From assembly GCA_963843575.1 (NCBI GenBank), contig CAWJKZ010000025.1:32001-96000 (forward strand): DNA of 64,000 nucleotides, read 5' to 3'. The DNA is from an uncultured Acidobacteriota bacterium. GTDB taxonomy: Bacteria; Acidobacteriota; UBA6911. Positions 49,681 to 63,820 of this stretch are shown here, piece after piece. Numbering within the stretch: the first letter of the stretch is position 1; every line of letters begins with the position of its first letter. The position numbers and the translations under genes are program-made. The notes under the pieces were generated by a model. It saw nothing but the letters and a program-made list of their open reading frames with translations, was not told the DNA's origin and did no database searches.

Positions 49681-51080
49681 GGGGCGTTCTCCGCGGCAAC
49701 GACTTTCAGGCCGAAACTCAGGTAAGGCTCCCGGCGGTTGACGCGCTGCACGTACAGGGCGACTTCGCGGACGTGGTAATCGCCCCACATAGTGGATTCG
49801 CCGCACGGGATTTTGCGGCCCGGCGGGATGTAGTCCCACCCGTTCGGCCGGTGATAAACGGAGTGGAGCAGCAGCCCCTGATGTCCTTCGGCGACGCTGA
49901 GGTAGGGTTCCGCGAGCAGGGTGCGCAGTATCGTGAGGCCTGCCTGCCGGTACCGTCGTCCGGCCGGCTCCCGTCCGTTCCTGGACAGATGCGCGCCCAG
50001 CCTCAGGAAACCCTGGGCGGCGATGGCCGCGGCCGAGCTGTCCACGGGTTCCTGGTCGTTGTACGGGTCGGACGGGATTTCGAGGTCCCGGCCGTCCCGA
50101 TCGAGAGCCGGGGCGCCCGTATCCCAGTAGGGGACACCGTCGGTGGGAACGCACTGGATGTAGTAGTCGCAGACGGCTTCCGCGGCTCTCAGCAGGAGGG
50201 CGGAGGCCTGCGCCTTCCCACCGGACGACTCGAGTTCGGAATCGGAGACGGTGTCGAGAAACTCGAGGAGCTCGGCAAAGCCGCACACGGCCCACGCCAG
50301 CCCGCGGGTCCACGTGCTGAACGGAGAATAGCCCTGCTGGGTGGCCGGGCAACGGTAGTTGCCGTCCCGGATGTTGAATATGCTCTCGTGCGCCACGCGC
50401 CCGCGGACGTCGTAGGTGTCCCGCCCCTCGCCATAGTAGACGGCATGGCGGGCCGTAACGCGGGCATGCCGTACCAGGCGCTCGAGCAGCGAGACACGCC
50501 GGTCGTTCTCCGTCGCCAGGCTGTAGCCGAGCTGGTGCGCAACACCCAGGATTCGCAAGGTGCGGATCGTGTCGATAAACAGGGAGTGAGGTCCGTTGAA
50601 CGAGTAGATGTAGCCGTCGCCGTCGGGGAGCGCCGTCCACCGGCGGGCCTGCGTCGCGCCGGAACAGCCCAGGGCCAGGGCATAAAACCTCTCTTCCCAG
50701 GCGCAGGCGTCGATCCTTTTTTCGCGCGCGAGGCGCAGCAGGTTGCCATAGGTGCTGACGTTATTGAAGCCGTGGTCATGCACCCCAGCGTGTGTGAGGT
50801 GCCCCGACATCCGTTCCAGGGTGCGGCTTCGGCCAAGCTCCAGGAAACTGGCGTCCCCGGTCGCATCGAACTGCAGGATGGCCGAGCCGTACCGAAACCC
50901 CTGAGTCCACTCCGTCCACCCGCGCGACGTATACACGCCTGCCGCGGTGAAGACGGGTGCACCGGTGGAGGAGCCGGCGGACTGCTCGATCGCGAGGATC
51001 TTCGGGGCGGATGCCTGCCACAGCCGGTCGATGGCGGGCTGCAGGGAAGCGGGCTGCAGTCCGAAGTCTATCTTCAACAT
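49677..51080 (-). CDS. Glycoside hydrolase family 88 (unsaturated glucuronyl hydrolase-like)
   Basis: WTEWTQGF, HDHGF, IDTI, QGYSPFSTWTRGLAW, VPYWD, DSSAAAIAA, WGDY. Confidence 0.82.
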   Translation of the reverse strand: MLKIDFGLQPASLQPAIDRLWQASAPKILAIEQSAGSSTGAPVFTAAGVYTSRGWTEWTQGFRYGSAILQFDATGDASFLELGRSRTLERMSGHLTHAGVHDHGFNNVSTYGNLLRLAREKRIDACAWEERFYALALGCSGATQARRWTALPDGDGYIYSFNGPHSLFIDTIRTLRILGVAHQLGYSLATENDRRVSLLERLVRHARVTARHAVYYGEGRDTYDVRGRVAHESIFNIRDGNYRCPATQQGYSPFSTWTRGLAWAVCGFAELLEFLDTVSDSELESSGGKAQASALLLRAAEAVCDYYIQCVPTDGVPYWDTGAPALDRDGRDLEIPSDPYNDQEPVDSSAAAIAAQGFLRLGAHLSRNGREPAGRRYRQAGLTILRTLLAEPYLSVAEGHQGLLLHSVYHRPNGWDYIPPGRKIPCGESTMWGDYHVREVALYVQRVNRREPYLSFGLKVVAAENAP

Positions 51081-51260
51081 TTCAGGCCTCTTCAGGCCAA
51101 CCCTATACGAACCGGCGCTTTGCGTTCAAGCACAATCCCCTGCCCGAGCCGGGCGGTCGCCGCAGCCTACTCCTACCCGCAAGCCTGGATGGGCGCGTGG
51201 TGAGCCGTGTTGACAACTTCCCGGGGGGTCTGCTATCAATCAGCCATACCCGGAGCCCAT

Positions 51261-52079
51261 ATGTCTTCATACGCGCCGCAAACCGCGGCCGCCGAGCCGG
51301 AGCAGGCGCACGAGAACCTGCAGATCATCGCGCACGAGAGAACTCACAGGAAAGTGCTGGACATCTTCGCGCGCTTCCCCTACCGCGGGCAACTCCTCGA
51401 GGTCCCCGCAGGTGAAGGGGCGCTGGCCTGGCGGCTTCAGAAGCTCGGGTACAGCGTGATCGCCGGCGACATCGATCCGAAGTTTTTCAAGGTGGGCTCG
51501 ATCCCCTGCATCCGGGTCGACCTCAATGCCCGGTTCCCAATCGAAGACGGGCGGTTCCAGTTCGTGAGCTGCATCGAGGGAATCGAGCACTTGCAGGACC
51601 AGTTCCACTTCGTACGCGAGTGCCACCGGGTCCTTGCTCCGGGCGGACACCTGGTGCTGTCGACGCCAAACATCCTGAACCTGGCGTCCAGGCTGAAATT
51701 CCTGCTCTCCGGCTTCTACTCGCTGGTGCCCCGCCCAATCAACGAGTTCAGCCAGGTCCCCGTTTTCGACCACATCAACCCGGTCACCTATTACCAGCTC
51801 CGCTACATGCTGCACACCCAGGGGTTCGAAATCACACAGGTGACCACGGACTTTCCGCGCCGCAGTTCCATCGGCCTCTATTTCCTGAGGCCGCTCGTGG
51901 GCCTCTACACGCGCCGCACCATGCGCAAGGAATCGGACCCGCAACAGCGGAAGGCGAACGTGCAGATCCGACGCGTGCTCACCTCGCCGCCGGTTTTGCT
52001 CGGCCGCACTCTCATCCTGGTGGCCCGCAAGCACGCCCCGCGACAGGTGGTGCGCACGATACTCGCGTCGGACTTCTGA
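51261..52079 (+). CDS. Class I SAM-dependent methyltransferase
   Basis: LLEVPAGEG, EGIEHL, RVLAPGGHLVLSTPN; TTGACA and TGCTAT elements upstream. Confidence 0.82.
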   Translation: MSSYAPQTAAAEPEQAHENLQIIAHERTHRKVLDIFARFPYRGQLLEVPAGEGALAWRLQKLGYSVIAGDIDPKFFKVGSIPCIRVDLNARFPIEDGRFQFVSCIEGIEHLQDQFHFVRECHRVLAPGGHLVLSTPNILNLASRLKFLLSGFYSLVPRPINEFSQVPVFDHINPVTYYQLRYMLHTQGFEITQVTTDFPRRSSIGLYFLRPLVGLYTRRTMRKESDPQQRKANVQIRRVLTSPPVLLGRTLILVARKHAPRQVVRTILASDF

Positions 52080-52084
52080 CCGGG

Positions 52085-52281
52085 CGCTGTCCAACGGTGG
52101 ACGTTCAATCCGGACGAACTGAAGTAATCTGGAGTGCGGCGGCTCGGCGCCGCTTTCACTCGTCCAACGGCAGGAATGCTCGGCGCCTCGGCGCCACGAC
52201 GAATTGCGACATGCGACCCTGCGACCTCGGCCTTTGGTGGCGTCGAGCCGCCGCACTCCATAATCAACCGTTGGACAGCCT
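52085..52281. mobile_element. MITE copy in reverse orientation, followed by a degenerate extra end (about 52317-52351)
   Basis: GCTGTCCAACGGTGGA ... TCAACCGTTGGACAGCCT; interior is the reverse complement of 9022-9242. Confidence 0.8.
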
Positions 52282-52347
52282 CAGAAGCCACTTGTTTTAC
52301 TGGCAGGTCGGGTGGATTAACCGTTGGCCGGCCCCTGAGGCCCGGAC

Positions 52348-53673
52348 TCACCGGAAGGTGTACGAGAGACCGACCAGGGGAATGACCTTGTCCCGCAGAC
52401 CGCCTGAATTGAGAGCAAAGAGCACGTTGGCCGTCAGGAGCAGTCGGCCAGCGACGTTGTACTTCAGCCCCGCGGCCGCGTCCGCCACGCTGTAGGAGGC
52501 CTTCTCCAGGACGATCTGGTGGTAGGTCTGCCCGTCCGGCGCAGATGCGACGAAGTCTCCCGGCATCACCCGAGCGCCGTCGAAGACCCGTTGGGTCAGC
52601 AGGTCGGCGGAAAAAGTCAGGCCCCGGGCCAGCTGCGCGTCGGCGCCGGCCGCAAAGAAAAACTGGTCGGGCAGCGGCGCCTTGGTCTGTGCGGCGATGT
52701 TCCCGGCCAGGATGGACTTGCCGTTCCACTGGTAACCGACGTTAAGGTGAGGCGAAAGGGGGCCGGTGCGCAAGGACACGGCTGCGAAGGGCTTCACGCC
52801 GACCGCACCCGATCCGAGGAAATTGAGTTCGTCTCCTGTGGGGAGCCGCACGTCGGCCGCGAGCGCAACGGACACGTTTTCGCCGTGAAATGCCGTTCCT
52901 TTTACGCGCAGCAGGATGTCACCGATGCCGCTGGCATCGTTCCGGTCCGAGAACAGGGCGCGGGTGCTGTGTTCTGGGTCCGACGCGTCAAAGAAGTGCG
53001 CCTGCCCGAACACCGGGTCGGGCGGGGCGATCCGGTGTATGGAAGCCGTCGAGTGCACACTCATGTTCACCTTCAGGATCGGTACGGCAATGGAAACGTC
53101 GAGCCAGTTTGTCGCCCCGATCGTACCGAAGAGCGTGAACTGGTCCACCTTCAGTTCCACCGAGTTCTCCGTGGTGATGAAATCCTTCTTGAACGCGAAA
53201 TCGCCCGGGGGTTCGTCCGAGTGCAGGAACACGGCGGGGAAGTTGTTAACATCGAACCCGTCGATCTTGTCGAAACCGAACCTCTGGTAGGTGACCCCGA
53301 AGAACACCTTCCCCTTACCGATGGTTTCCGCCCGCTCGGTGAGAACAGGGCCGAAGCTCTGCGCGGAGCGCGTGTATACTCCCGCGGTCCGGTCGAAGCT
53401 GTAGGTAAACCCGGAGGCCGGGGAGGCCAGCGGCAGCAGCGTGAGTTGGCTGGCGATGGCGCTGTTGAGCGGCGTGAAGTTCTGCTGGAAGTCGTTGTCG
53501 AAATGGGCCCGGTGAAAGTTGTTGGGAAGTGTGAGACCCGTCTTTCCGAACACGTTCGGGATCAGGCATCCCAGTTTCGAATTGTCCGCGCACACGCCAC
53601 CCGTCTGGGCGAGCGCGAGCGGGCAAAGCGCGGAGAGAGACAGTACCGCAAACAGAAGCGACCTTCTGGCCAT
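52348..53673 (-). CDS. Outer-membrane beta-barrel protein (MetA-pathway-of-phenol-degradation 'transporter'-like)
   Basis: Signal peptide, GIGDILLRVK, DVRLPTGD..LGSG, amphipathic strands, C-terminal VGLSYTF(R) beta-signal. Confidence 0.75.
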   Translation of the reverse strand: MARRSLLFAVLSLSALCPLALAQTGGVCADNSKLGCLIPNVFGKTGLTLPNNFHRAHFDNDFQQNFTPLNSAIASQLTLLPLASPASGFTYSFDRTAGVYTRSAQSFGPVLTERAETIGKGKVFFGVTYQRFGFDKIDGFDVNNFPAVFLHSDEPPGDFAFKKDFITTENSVELKVDQFTLFGTIGATNWLDVSIAVPILKVNMSVHSTASIHRIAPPDPVFGQAHFFDASDPEHSTRALFSDRNDASGIGDILLRVKGTAFHGENVSVALAADVRLPTGDELNFLGSGAVGVKPFAAVSLRTGPLSPHLNVGYQWNGKSILAGNIAAQTKAPLPDQFFFAAGADAQLARGLTFSADLLTQRVFDGARVMPGDFVASAPDGQTYHQIVLEKASYSVADAAAGLKYNVAGRLLLTANVLFALNSGGLRDKVIPLVGLSYTFR

Positions 53674-53767
53674 TGGTGCCTTTCCTTCCTTGATGTTGAA
53701 GCCACCTGCACCCATGTGATGATGCCGACGTCTCCCGTAGACGCCACGCCCGGTTATGCCTGAACCA

Positions 53768-58661
<4,894 letters not shown>

Positions 58662-58732
58662 GATCTTCCAGCTTGCGTTCGCGCGCCCGCACCCAAGTCT
58701 CCCGGAAGGCCGGAAGCCGCCCGGGCAACAGT

Positions 58733-59503
58733 TCAGTCGGGACTATACCGGAGCATCACCGCCGTGATGTTGTCTCTCCCCCCCGCCGCGTTTGCCGCCG
58801 CGATCAGGTCGTCTACGGTACTTTTCAGGCTTCTGCCATTGGCGGACACAATGCCGAGGATCTCACCTTGGCCGAGCATTCCGTGCAAGCCGTCGGAGCA
58901 AAGAAGGAACGATTGTCCGCTCTGCACGGGCTGTTCGAACACCTCGACGTCGATGGTCTCTCGGGCCCCGACCGCCTTGGTGACAATGGAACGTAGGGGG
59001 TGCGACGGAATCGCCTCCGCCTTGAGGATCCCCGCCGAGTAGGCCGCCTGAACCCAAGAGTCGTCGGTGGTGAGCTGCTCGAGCTTCCCGGGCAGGACTC
59101 GGTAGGCCCGGCAGTCGCCTGCGCTGCAGATGTTCAGGAGGCCTTCGTCGGCAAGCGCCGCGACGATGGTCGTCCCCATGCCGGTGTATTCCTGCCGGCT
59201 GTCGGCCTCCCGCCACACGCGGCGATTGGCAAGCAGCACCGCTGTGCGGAGACGGTTGGCGCCGTACGAGAGGCCGGGTTCAATGCCGAATGGCCACGTC
59301 AGCTTTTCGAATTCGCGGCTGCGCCGGATGAAGGCCGCAATCGTTTCGACGGCGAGACTCGAGGCGACTTCACCCGCGTTGTGGCCACCCATGCCGTCGG
59401 CGACTATATACAGACCAGCGTCGTCGTCCACGAGGAGGCTGTCCTCGTTGAGCTGGCGACGGTGCCCGACATCGGTCGCACCGAAGCTTTCGATTCCAAT
59501 CAC
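58733..59503 (-). CDS. PP2C-family Ser/Thr phosphatase
   Basis: TDVGHRRQLNED, VADGMGGHNAGEVAS, GMGTT, GDCRAY, LCSDGL, GGRDNITAV. Confidence 0.93.
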   Translation of the reverse strand: MIGIESFGATDVGHRRQLNEDSLLVDDDAGLYIVADGMGGHNAGEVASSLAVETIAAFIRRSREFEKLTWPFGIEPGLSYGANRLRTAVLLANRRVWREADSRQEYTGMGTTIVAALADEGLLNICSAGDCRAYRVLPGKLEQLTTDDSWVQAAYSAGILKAEAIPSHPLRSIVTKAVGARETIDVEVFEQPVQSGQSFLLCSDGLHGMLGQGEILGIVSANGRSLKSTVDDLIAAANAAGGRDNITAVMLRYSPD

Positions 59504-59555
59504 GTACTTTGCTTTCCCGAGAGAGCCTGAAAATCCCTACACCCTTGTTGGCAAA

Positions 59556-59584
59556 AGTTTAACATCGGTACGGGTGCCCGTCAA
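59556..59584 (-). promoter_or_regulatory. Putative sigma70 promoter of the PP2C-kinase-barrel operon
   Basis: TTGACG-N17-TAAACT with an extended -10 TG. Confidence 0.6.
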
Positions 59585-60047
59585 CGGTGGGGCGTGCGCA
59601 AATCAAGACTGGAGCGGCTCGAGCACCGAGACTCGGAGGGCTCGAACCGTCGCGGGGATCCACTGCCCGGGCTAGGGGTCTGCCACAGAATAACAGGTCC
59701 ACTTTGCTGCAGGCCTGCGGGCCGCAGTCCGGAGGGGCGCGGCGCCGGGCGGGCATCTGCGGCATAGCCGCTCCTCGACGATGTGACCACATTGCCTGCG
59801 TCGCGGCGCCTTGCATCTGCCGCCCGGTGCTCGCGCCAAAATGCGAACTGATTCTTGCGCGAACCCTAAGGGGTCGATTGCATGGATACGGTGAGGTTTT
59901 TTCGGACGCGGATGGACGCGAACCCACATGGTGCGCGCCGGCTGCGCGACTTCCGATTGCGGGCATTGTCGCCTTGTCGCTATTCGGGGGGCGGGCGGCT
60001 CGGCGCCGCCCCCCGCGAGAGCGGCGTCGAGCCGCTACGCTTGCATA

Positions 60048-61901
60048 TCAGAACAGGTCCGGGACCTTGGTCATGTCGGGCGGTTCGGTTCCCTGGTCGT
60101 GAGCGGGGACGGCGCGGCTGGCAATGTAGTCGCCGGTGGTCATGTCCTTGTAGCCTTGGCCGGGGCCTACCATCGGGTAAACGCACGCGTCCTGATCGAT
60201 CATGACTTCGAGGAAAGCGGGTCCGGGGTGTTTCAGGAACTCCGTCAGCACCTCTTTCACCCTGGCCTTGTCGGACAGGCGGGCCGCGAAGGTAAAGCCG
60301 TCCGCCTCGGCAGCCTTGACGAAGTCCTTCGAGTGAAGCGACTTGTCGGTGCCCGAGAAGCGGTTTCCGAAGTACATCTTCTGCCACTGGCGCACCATGC
60401 CGTCGCCCAGGTTGTTCAGCAGCAGAACCTTCACCGGGAGATTGTAGGTGGTCACCGTTTCCAGCTCGCCGAGGTTCATCCTGATGCTGCCGTCCCCATC
60501 GACGTCGATGACCAGGCGTTCGGGACAGGCGACCTGGGCGCCGATAGCGGCAGGCAGACCGAATCCCATGGTGCCCATCGATCCCGAGGTGATCCAGGAC
60601 CTGGGGCGTTTGAAATCGAAGTACTGGGCGGCCCACATCTGGTGCTGCCCGACCCCGGTGGTGACGATGGCTTCGCCGCGGGTGAGTTCGTTCAGGCACT
60701 CAATGACATAGTACGGCTGGATTTTTTCGCTCTCCCGGTCGTAGTTCAGCGCGTGTTTCTTGCGCAGCTTCTGGACGTGGGTGAGCCATTTCGAGAAGTC
60801 CTTTTTAAAGGTCTTCCGCGCCGCCAGGAGGTCTTCTATGGCGGTCTTGGCGTTTCCGACGTGTGACCAGTTGACCCTTTTCACCTTCCCTATTTCGGCC
60901 GCATCGATGTCGATATGGGCGAAGAACCGTGCCTTGGGGGCGAACTCGGAGACTTTCCCCGCGACCCGATCGTCAAACCGGGCGCCGACACAGATGAGGA
61001 AATCGCAGTCCTCGACGGCGTAGTTGGCGTAGGCCATGCCGTGCATGCCCAGCATGTGCAGGGCCAGGGGGCTGGTCGTGTCCATCGACCCGATTCCCAT
61101 CAGGGTCGTGACCACGGGGATCTGGAGCGTCTCGGAGAACCTGCGCAGCTGCTCGGACGCGCCTCCATTGATGATGCCTCCCCCGGCGTATATGAGCGGG
61201 CGCTCGCTGCGCCGGAGCAGGTCGTAGAAGCCGGCGCACTTCTCCTCCGGAACACGCGACGCGCTCAGCGCCCTCATGCGCCCCTCGTAGCCGCGGTAGC
61301 TGAGCAGGCCGCCTCCCTTGAAGAATCCCTCCCAGTTCTGGACGTCTTTCGGTACGTCAATCACCACCGGGCCCGGCCGGCCGCTGCGGGCGATCGCGAA
61401 CGCCGTGCGGACGGTGGCCTCGAGCTCCTCCGGGTCCTCGACGAGGAAGACGTGCTTGGCGCAGGAGCTCATGACGTTGAAGACGGGAGCTTCCTGGAAC
61501 GCGTCCGTACCGATGGAGTGGCGCGGCACCTGGCCGCAGATCAGCACGACGGGGATGGAGTCGGCCATGCAGTCGCGGATCGGGGTGACGCTGTTGGTGG
61601 CTCCCGGGCCGGAGGTTACGAGGAACACTCCCACCTGGCCGCTCGCCCTGGCGTAACCCGCCGCCATGAATCCCGCCCCCTGTTCATTGGCGGGGACGAT
61701 GAGCCGGATCTGCTCCTCCCGGTCTCCCTTGTGGGCTGCATTGAACCTGAAAATGGCGTCGTAGGTGGGGAGGATCGCCCCCCCGCTGTAGCCGAATATC
61801 GTGTCGACGCCTTCGTCCGCCAGCACCTGGATGATCATCTCCGCGCCGCTCATGCGTTTTCCGGCGAAAGGGTGCGCGTTTGCTTCCGATCGTGCTCTCA
61901 T
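60048..61901 (-). CDS. ilvB: Acetolactate synthase large subunit
   Basis: FGYSGGAILP, NEQGAGFMA, TSGPGATN, GTDAFQE, GMHG, GARFDDRV, GVGQHQMW, GDGS...NN ThDP motif; GGAGG RBS before ATG 61901. Confidence 0.95.
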   Translation of the reverse strand: MRARSEANAHPFAGKRMSGAEMIIQVLADEGVDTIFGYSGGAILPTYDAIFRFNAAHKGDREEQIRLIVPANEQGAGFMAAGYARASGQVGVFLVTSGPGATNSVTPIRDCMADSIPVVLICGQVPRHSIGTDAFQEAPVFNVMSSCAKHVFLVEDPEELEATVRTAFAIARSGRPGPVVIDVPKDVQNWEGFFKGGGLLSYRGYEGRMRALSASRVPEEKCAGFYDLLRRSERPLIYAGGGIINGGASEQLRRFSETLQIPVVTTLMGIGSMDTTSPLALHMLGMHGMAYANYAVEDCDFLICVGARFDDRVAGKVSEFAPKARFFAHIDIDAAEIGKVKRVNWSHVGNAKTAIEDLLAARKTFKKDFSKWLTHVQKLRKKHALNYDRESEKIQPYYVIECLNELTRGEAIVTTGVGQHQMWAAQYFDFKRPRSWITSGSMGTMGFGLPAAIGAQVACPERLVIDVDGDGSIRMNLGELETVTTYNLPVKVLLLNNLGDGMVRQWQKMYFGNRFSGTDKSLHSKDFVKAAEADGFTFAARLSDKARVKEVLTEFLKHPGPAFLEVMIDQDACVYPMVGPGQGYKDMTTGDYIASRAVPAHDQGTEPPDMTKVPDLF

Positions 61902-61953
61902 AAGGTCCTCCCAAACCGATTTACCCGCTGCGCCTGCATCTCGATCACCGCGC

Positions 61954-62517
61954 TCATTGGTGCGCCGCCATGGCGGATCCCTTGGCACCCTCGCTGTCTG
62001 CCGACCTGCGGTGCAGGGCGACCTTGCCCGTTCTGACCATTTCGTCGATCCCGTAAGGCCGGACGACGTCCAGGAACGCCTCCACCTTCCCCGTGTCGCC
62101 TGTGACCTCGAAGACATAGTTCTCGGGCGTCGCGGTCACGACCCGCGCACGGAAGATCTCCGCCTCGCCCAGGAGCGTCGTCCTCTTCCCTTCCGCGGCC
62201 CGCACTCGCACCAGGACAAGCTCCCGCTCGACGGTGTTGGCGTCGGTCAGGTCCACGGCCTCCACCACGTCGACGAGCTTGTTCACCTGCTTGAGGATCT
62301 GCTGTGCGAAGAGAGGCGCGCACCGCACCACCATCGTGATGCGGGAGAGGCCGGTGTCGGCGCTCCCCGCCACGGTCAGGCTTTCGATGTTGTACCCGCG
62401 CGCGCTGAACAGACCCGCCACGCGGGCCAGCACGCCGAACTTGTTCTCCACCAGGACCGAGATGGTGCGTGTGGGCCGGTCGAGTTCCGGAGTGTCTTGC
62501 GGTGGACGGTTAAGCAT
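61954..62517 (-). CDS. ilvN: Acetolactate synthase small (regulatory) subunit
   Basis: TISVLVENKFGVLARVAGLFSARGYNIESLTV, QILKQVNKLVDV, ERELVLV, EMVRTG; AGGAGG RBS. Confidence 0.95.
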   Translation of the reverse strand: MLNRPPQDTPELDRPTRTISVLVENKFGVLARVAGLFSARGYNIESLTVAGSADTGLSRITMVVRCAPLFAQQILKQVNKLVDVVEAVDLTDANTVERELVLVRVRAAEGKRTTLLGEAEIFRARVVTATPENYVFEVTGDTGKVEAFLDVVRPYGIDEMVRTGKVALHRRSADSEGAKGSAMAAHQ

Positions 62518-62545
62518 GGTTCCGAGGCCTCCTGTTGCCTGCGCC

Positions 62546-62586
62546 AAAAAGAAAAGGGCCGTCATCCCGGTTCGGGTGACGGCCCC
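62546..62586 (-). terminator. Attenuator terminator of the ilv leader
   Basis: Transcript GGGGCCGTCACCCG-AAC-CGGGATGACGGCCCT-TTTCTTTTT. Confidence 0.85.
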
Positions 62587-62610
62587 TGGTGTTCCAGGTT
62601 CTCCTAGCCG

Positions 62611-62727
62611 TCATCCGAACCGCACGAGGCGGACGATGATAATGCCGATAATAAGTACGAGTACTACGGACAGGGATGTATCGCGCGCTGCGGTCCGGCC
62701 AAATTCGTTCAGGCTCTTCAGTGACAT
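62611..62727 (-). CDS. Branched-chain amino acid leader peptide (ilvL-like)
   Basis: MSLKSLNEFGRTAARDTSLSVVLVLIIGIIIVRLVRFG*, with a Val/Leu/Ile run using AT-rich codons, ending just before the terminator. Confidence 0.85.
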   Translation of the reverse strand: MSLKSLNEFGRTAARDTSLSVVLVLIIGIIIVRLVRFG

Positions 62728-62736
62728 CGGATCGTG

Positions 62737-62765
62737 AAGCTATCAGTATCGCTCGACCAAGTCAA
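62737..62765 (-). promoter_or_regulatory. Putative sigma70 promoter of the ilv leader
   Basis: TTGACT-N17-TAGCTT, 9 nt upstream of the leader ATG. Confidence 0.55.
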
Positions 62766-62878
62766 CAGTTTTGGTAATGAGTAGCCCCGCGGCGGCGCGA
62801 CGCCCGCCCTCCACATTCACCTGCCGCAATCTCGAAGGGATTGAAACAGGACCTCCATAGGGATTATGTTTCCTGCCG

Positions 62879-63811
62879 ATGGAACCTGGCGGAAACGCGG
62901 CGAAAATCGTCGTCACATTCGAGGGCGGGCCGGAGCAGGTCATCGAACTGGCCGATCGTCTCACGGTGGGTCGCTCGACGACCAACCAGCTCGTCCTGGA
63001 AGATCAGAAAGCCTCCCGCAACCACGCCGAGATCCGGCATCTGGGGGGCGGCCGATACCGGGTGAGCGACCTTGGCAGCGCCAACGGCACGTGGCTTAAC
63101 GGCCGCCGCGTCACCGCCCCCAGGGAATTGGAAAACGGGGATCAGCTCGTCATCGGCGCCACGCGGCTCCGTTTCGTGGCGCAGGTCAATGCGGAGGTGC
63201 AGAACGCGGTGTCGGCGACGGGGACGGCGCTGTTCCTGCGCGACGAAAAGGTCGTCGTTCTGGTCGCAGACATCCGCAACTACACCTCGATGAGCGAGGT
63301 CCTGCCCGGGCGCGGATTTTCCCGGATCGTCTCCGACTGGTTTCGTCAGGCCAGCGAGATCATCGAGAAGCACGGGGGCACGATCGACAAATTCATCGGG
63401 GACGCCGTGATGGCCTACTGGGTCAGCGCGAGCCGGTCCGACCCGTCCAACGAGGTAAACGCGGCGCTGCGCACGGCCCTCGGTCTGATCGACCGGGCTA
63501 CTTCGTTTTCCGCCCGCCTCGGGGCCGAGTTCCCCGGGCACTCTTTCCGCATCGGGGTGGGATTGAACGTCGGCGACGCGATGCTGGGCAACGTCGGCAC
63601 CGGCGAGAACCAGTCCTTCACGGTGGTCGGGGACAGCGTCAACGTCGCGTTCCGTCTCGAATCGCTCACCAAGGAGAAATCCACGCCCGTCGTGGTCAGC
63701 CGCAGCATCGTGGATGCAGCCGACCGGGGGTTCGGCTTCCAGGACCTCGGGCTGGGCGAGGTGAAGGGGCGCAAGGAGCCGGTTTCCATCTGGGCGCTCG
63801 AGCTGCCGTAA
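62879..63811 (+). CDS. FHA domain-class III adenylate/guanylate cyclase
   Basis: VGRS..ASRNHA..DLGSANGTWLNG FHA domain; ADIRNYT, IDKFIGDAVMA, VVGDSVNVAFRLE, VKGR cyclase motifs. Confidence 0.92.
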   Translation: MEPGGNAAKIVVTFEGGPEQVIELADRLTVGRSTTNQLVLEDQKASRNHAEIRHLGGGRYRVSDLGSANGTWLNGRRVTAPRELENGDQLVIGATRLRFVAQVNAEVQNAVSATGTALFLRDEKVVVLVADIRNYTSMSEVLPGRGFSRIVSDWFRQASEIIEKHGGTIDKFIGDAVMAYWVSASRSDPSNEVNAALRTALGLIDRATSFSARLGAEFPGHSFRIGVGLNVGDAMLGNVGTGENQSFTVVGDSVNVAFRLESLTKEKSTPVVVSRSIVDAADRGFGFQDLGLGEVKGRKEPVSIWALELP

Positions 63812-63820
63812 CCCTGCCAT

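Noticed and set aside
59590-60040. Possible ncRNA or gene in the ilvB-PP2C intergenic region
   Set aside because: Apart from a REP-B-like hairpin after the ilvB stop, no recognisable RNA motif or credible ORF.
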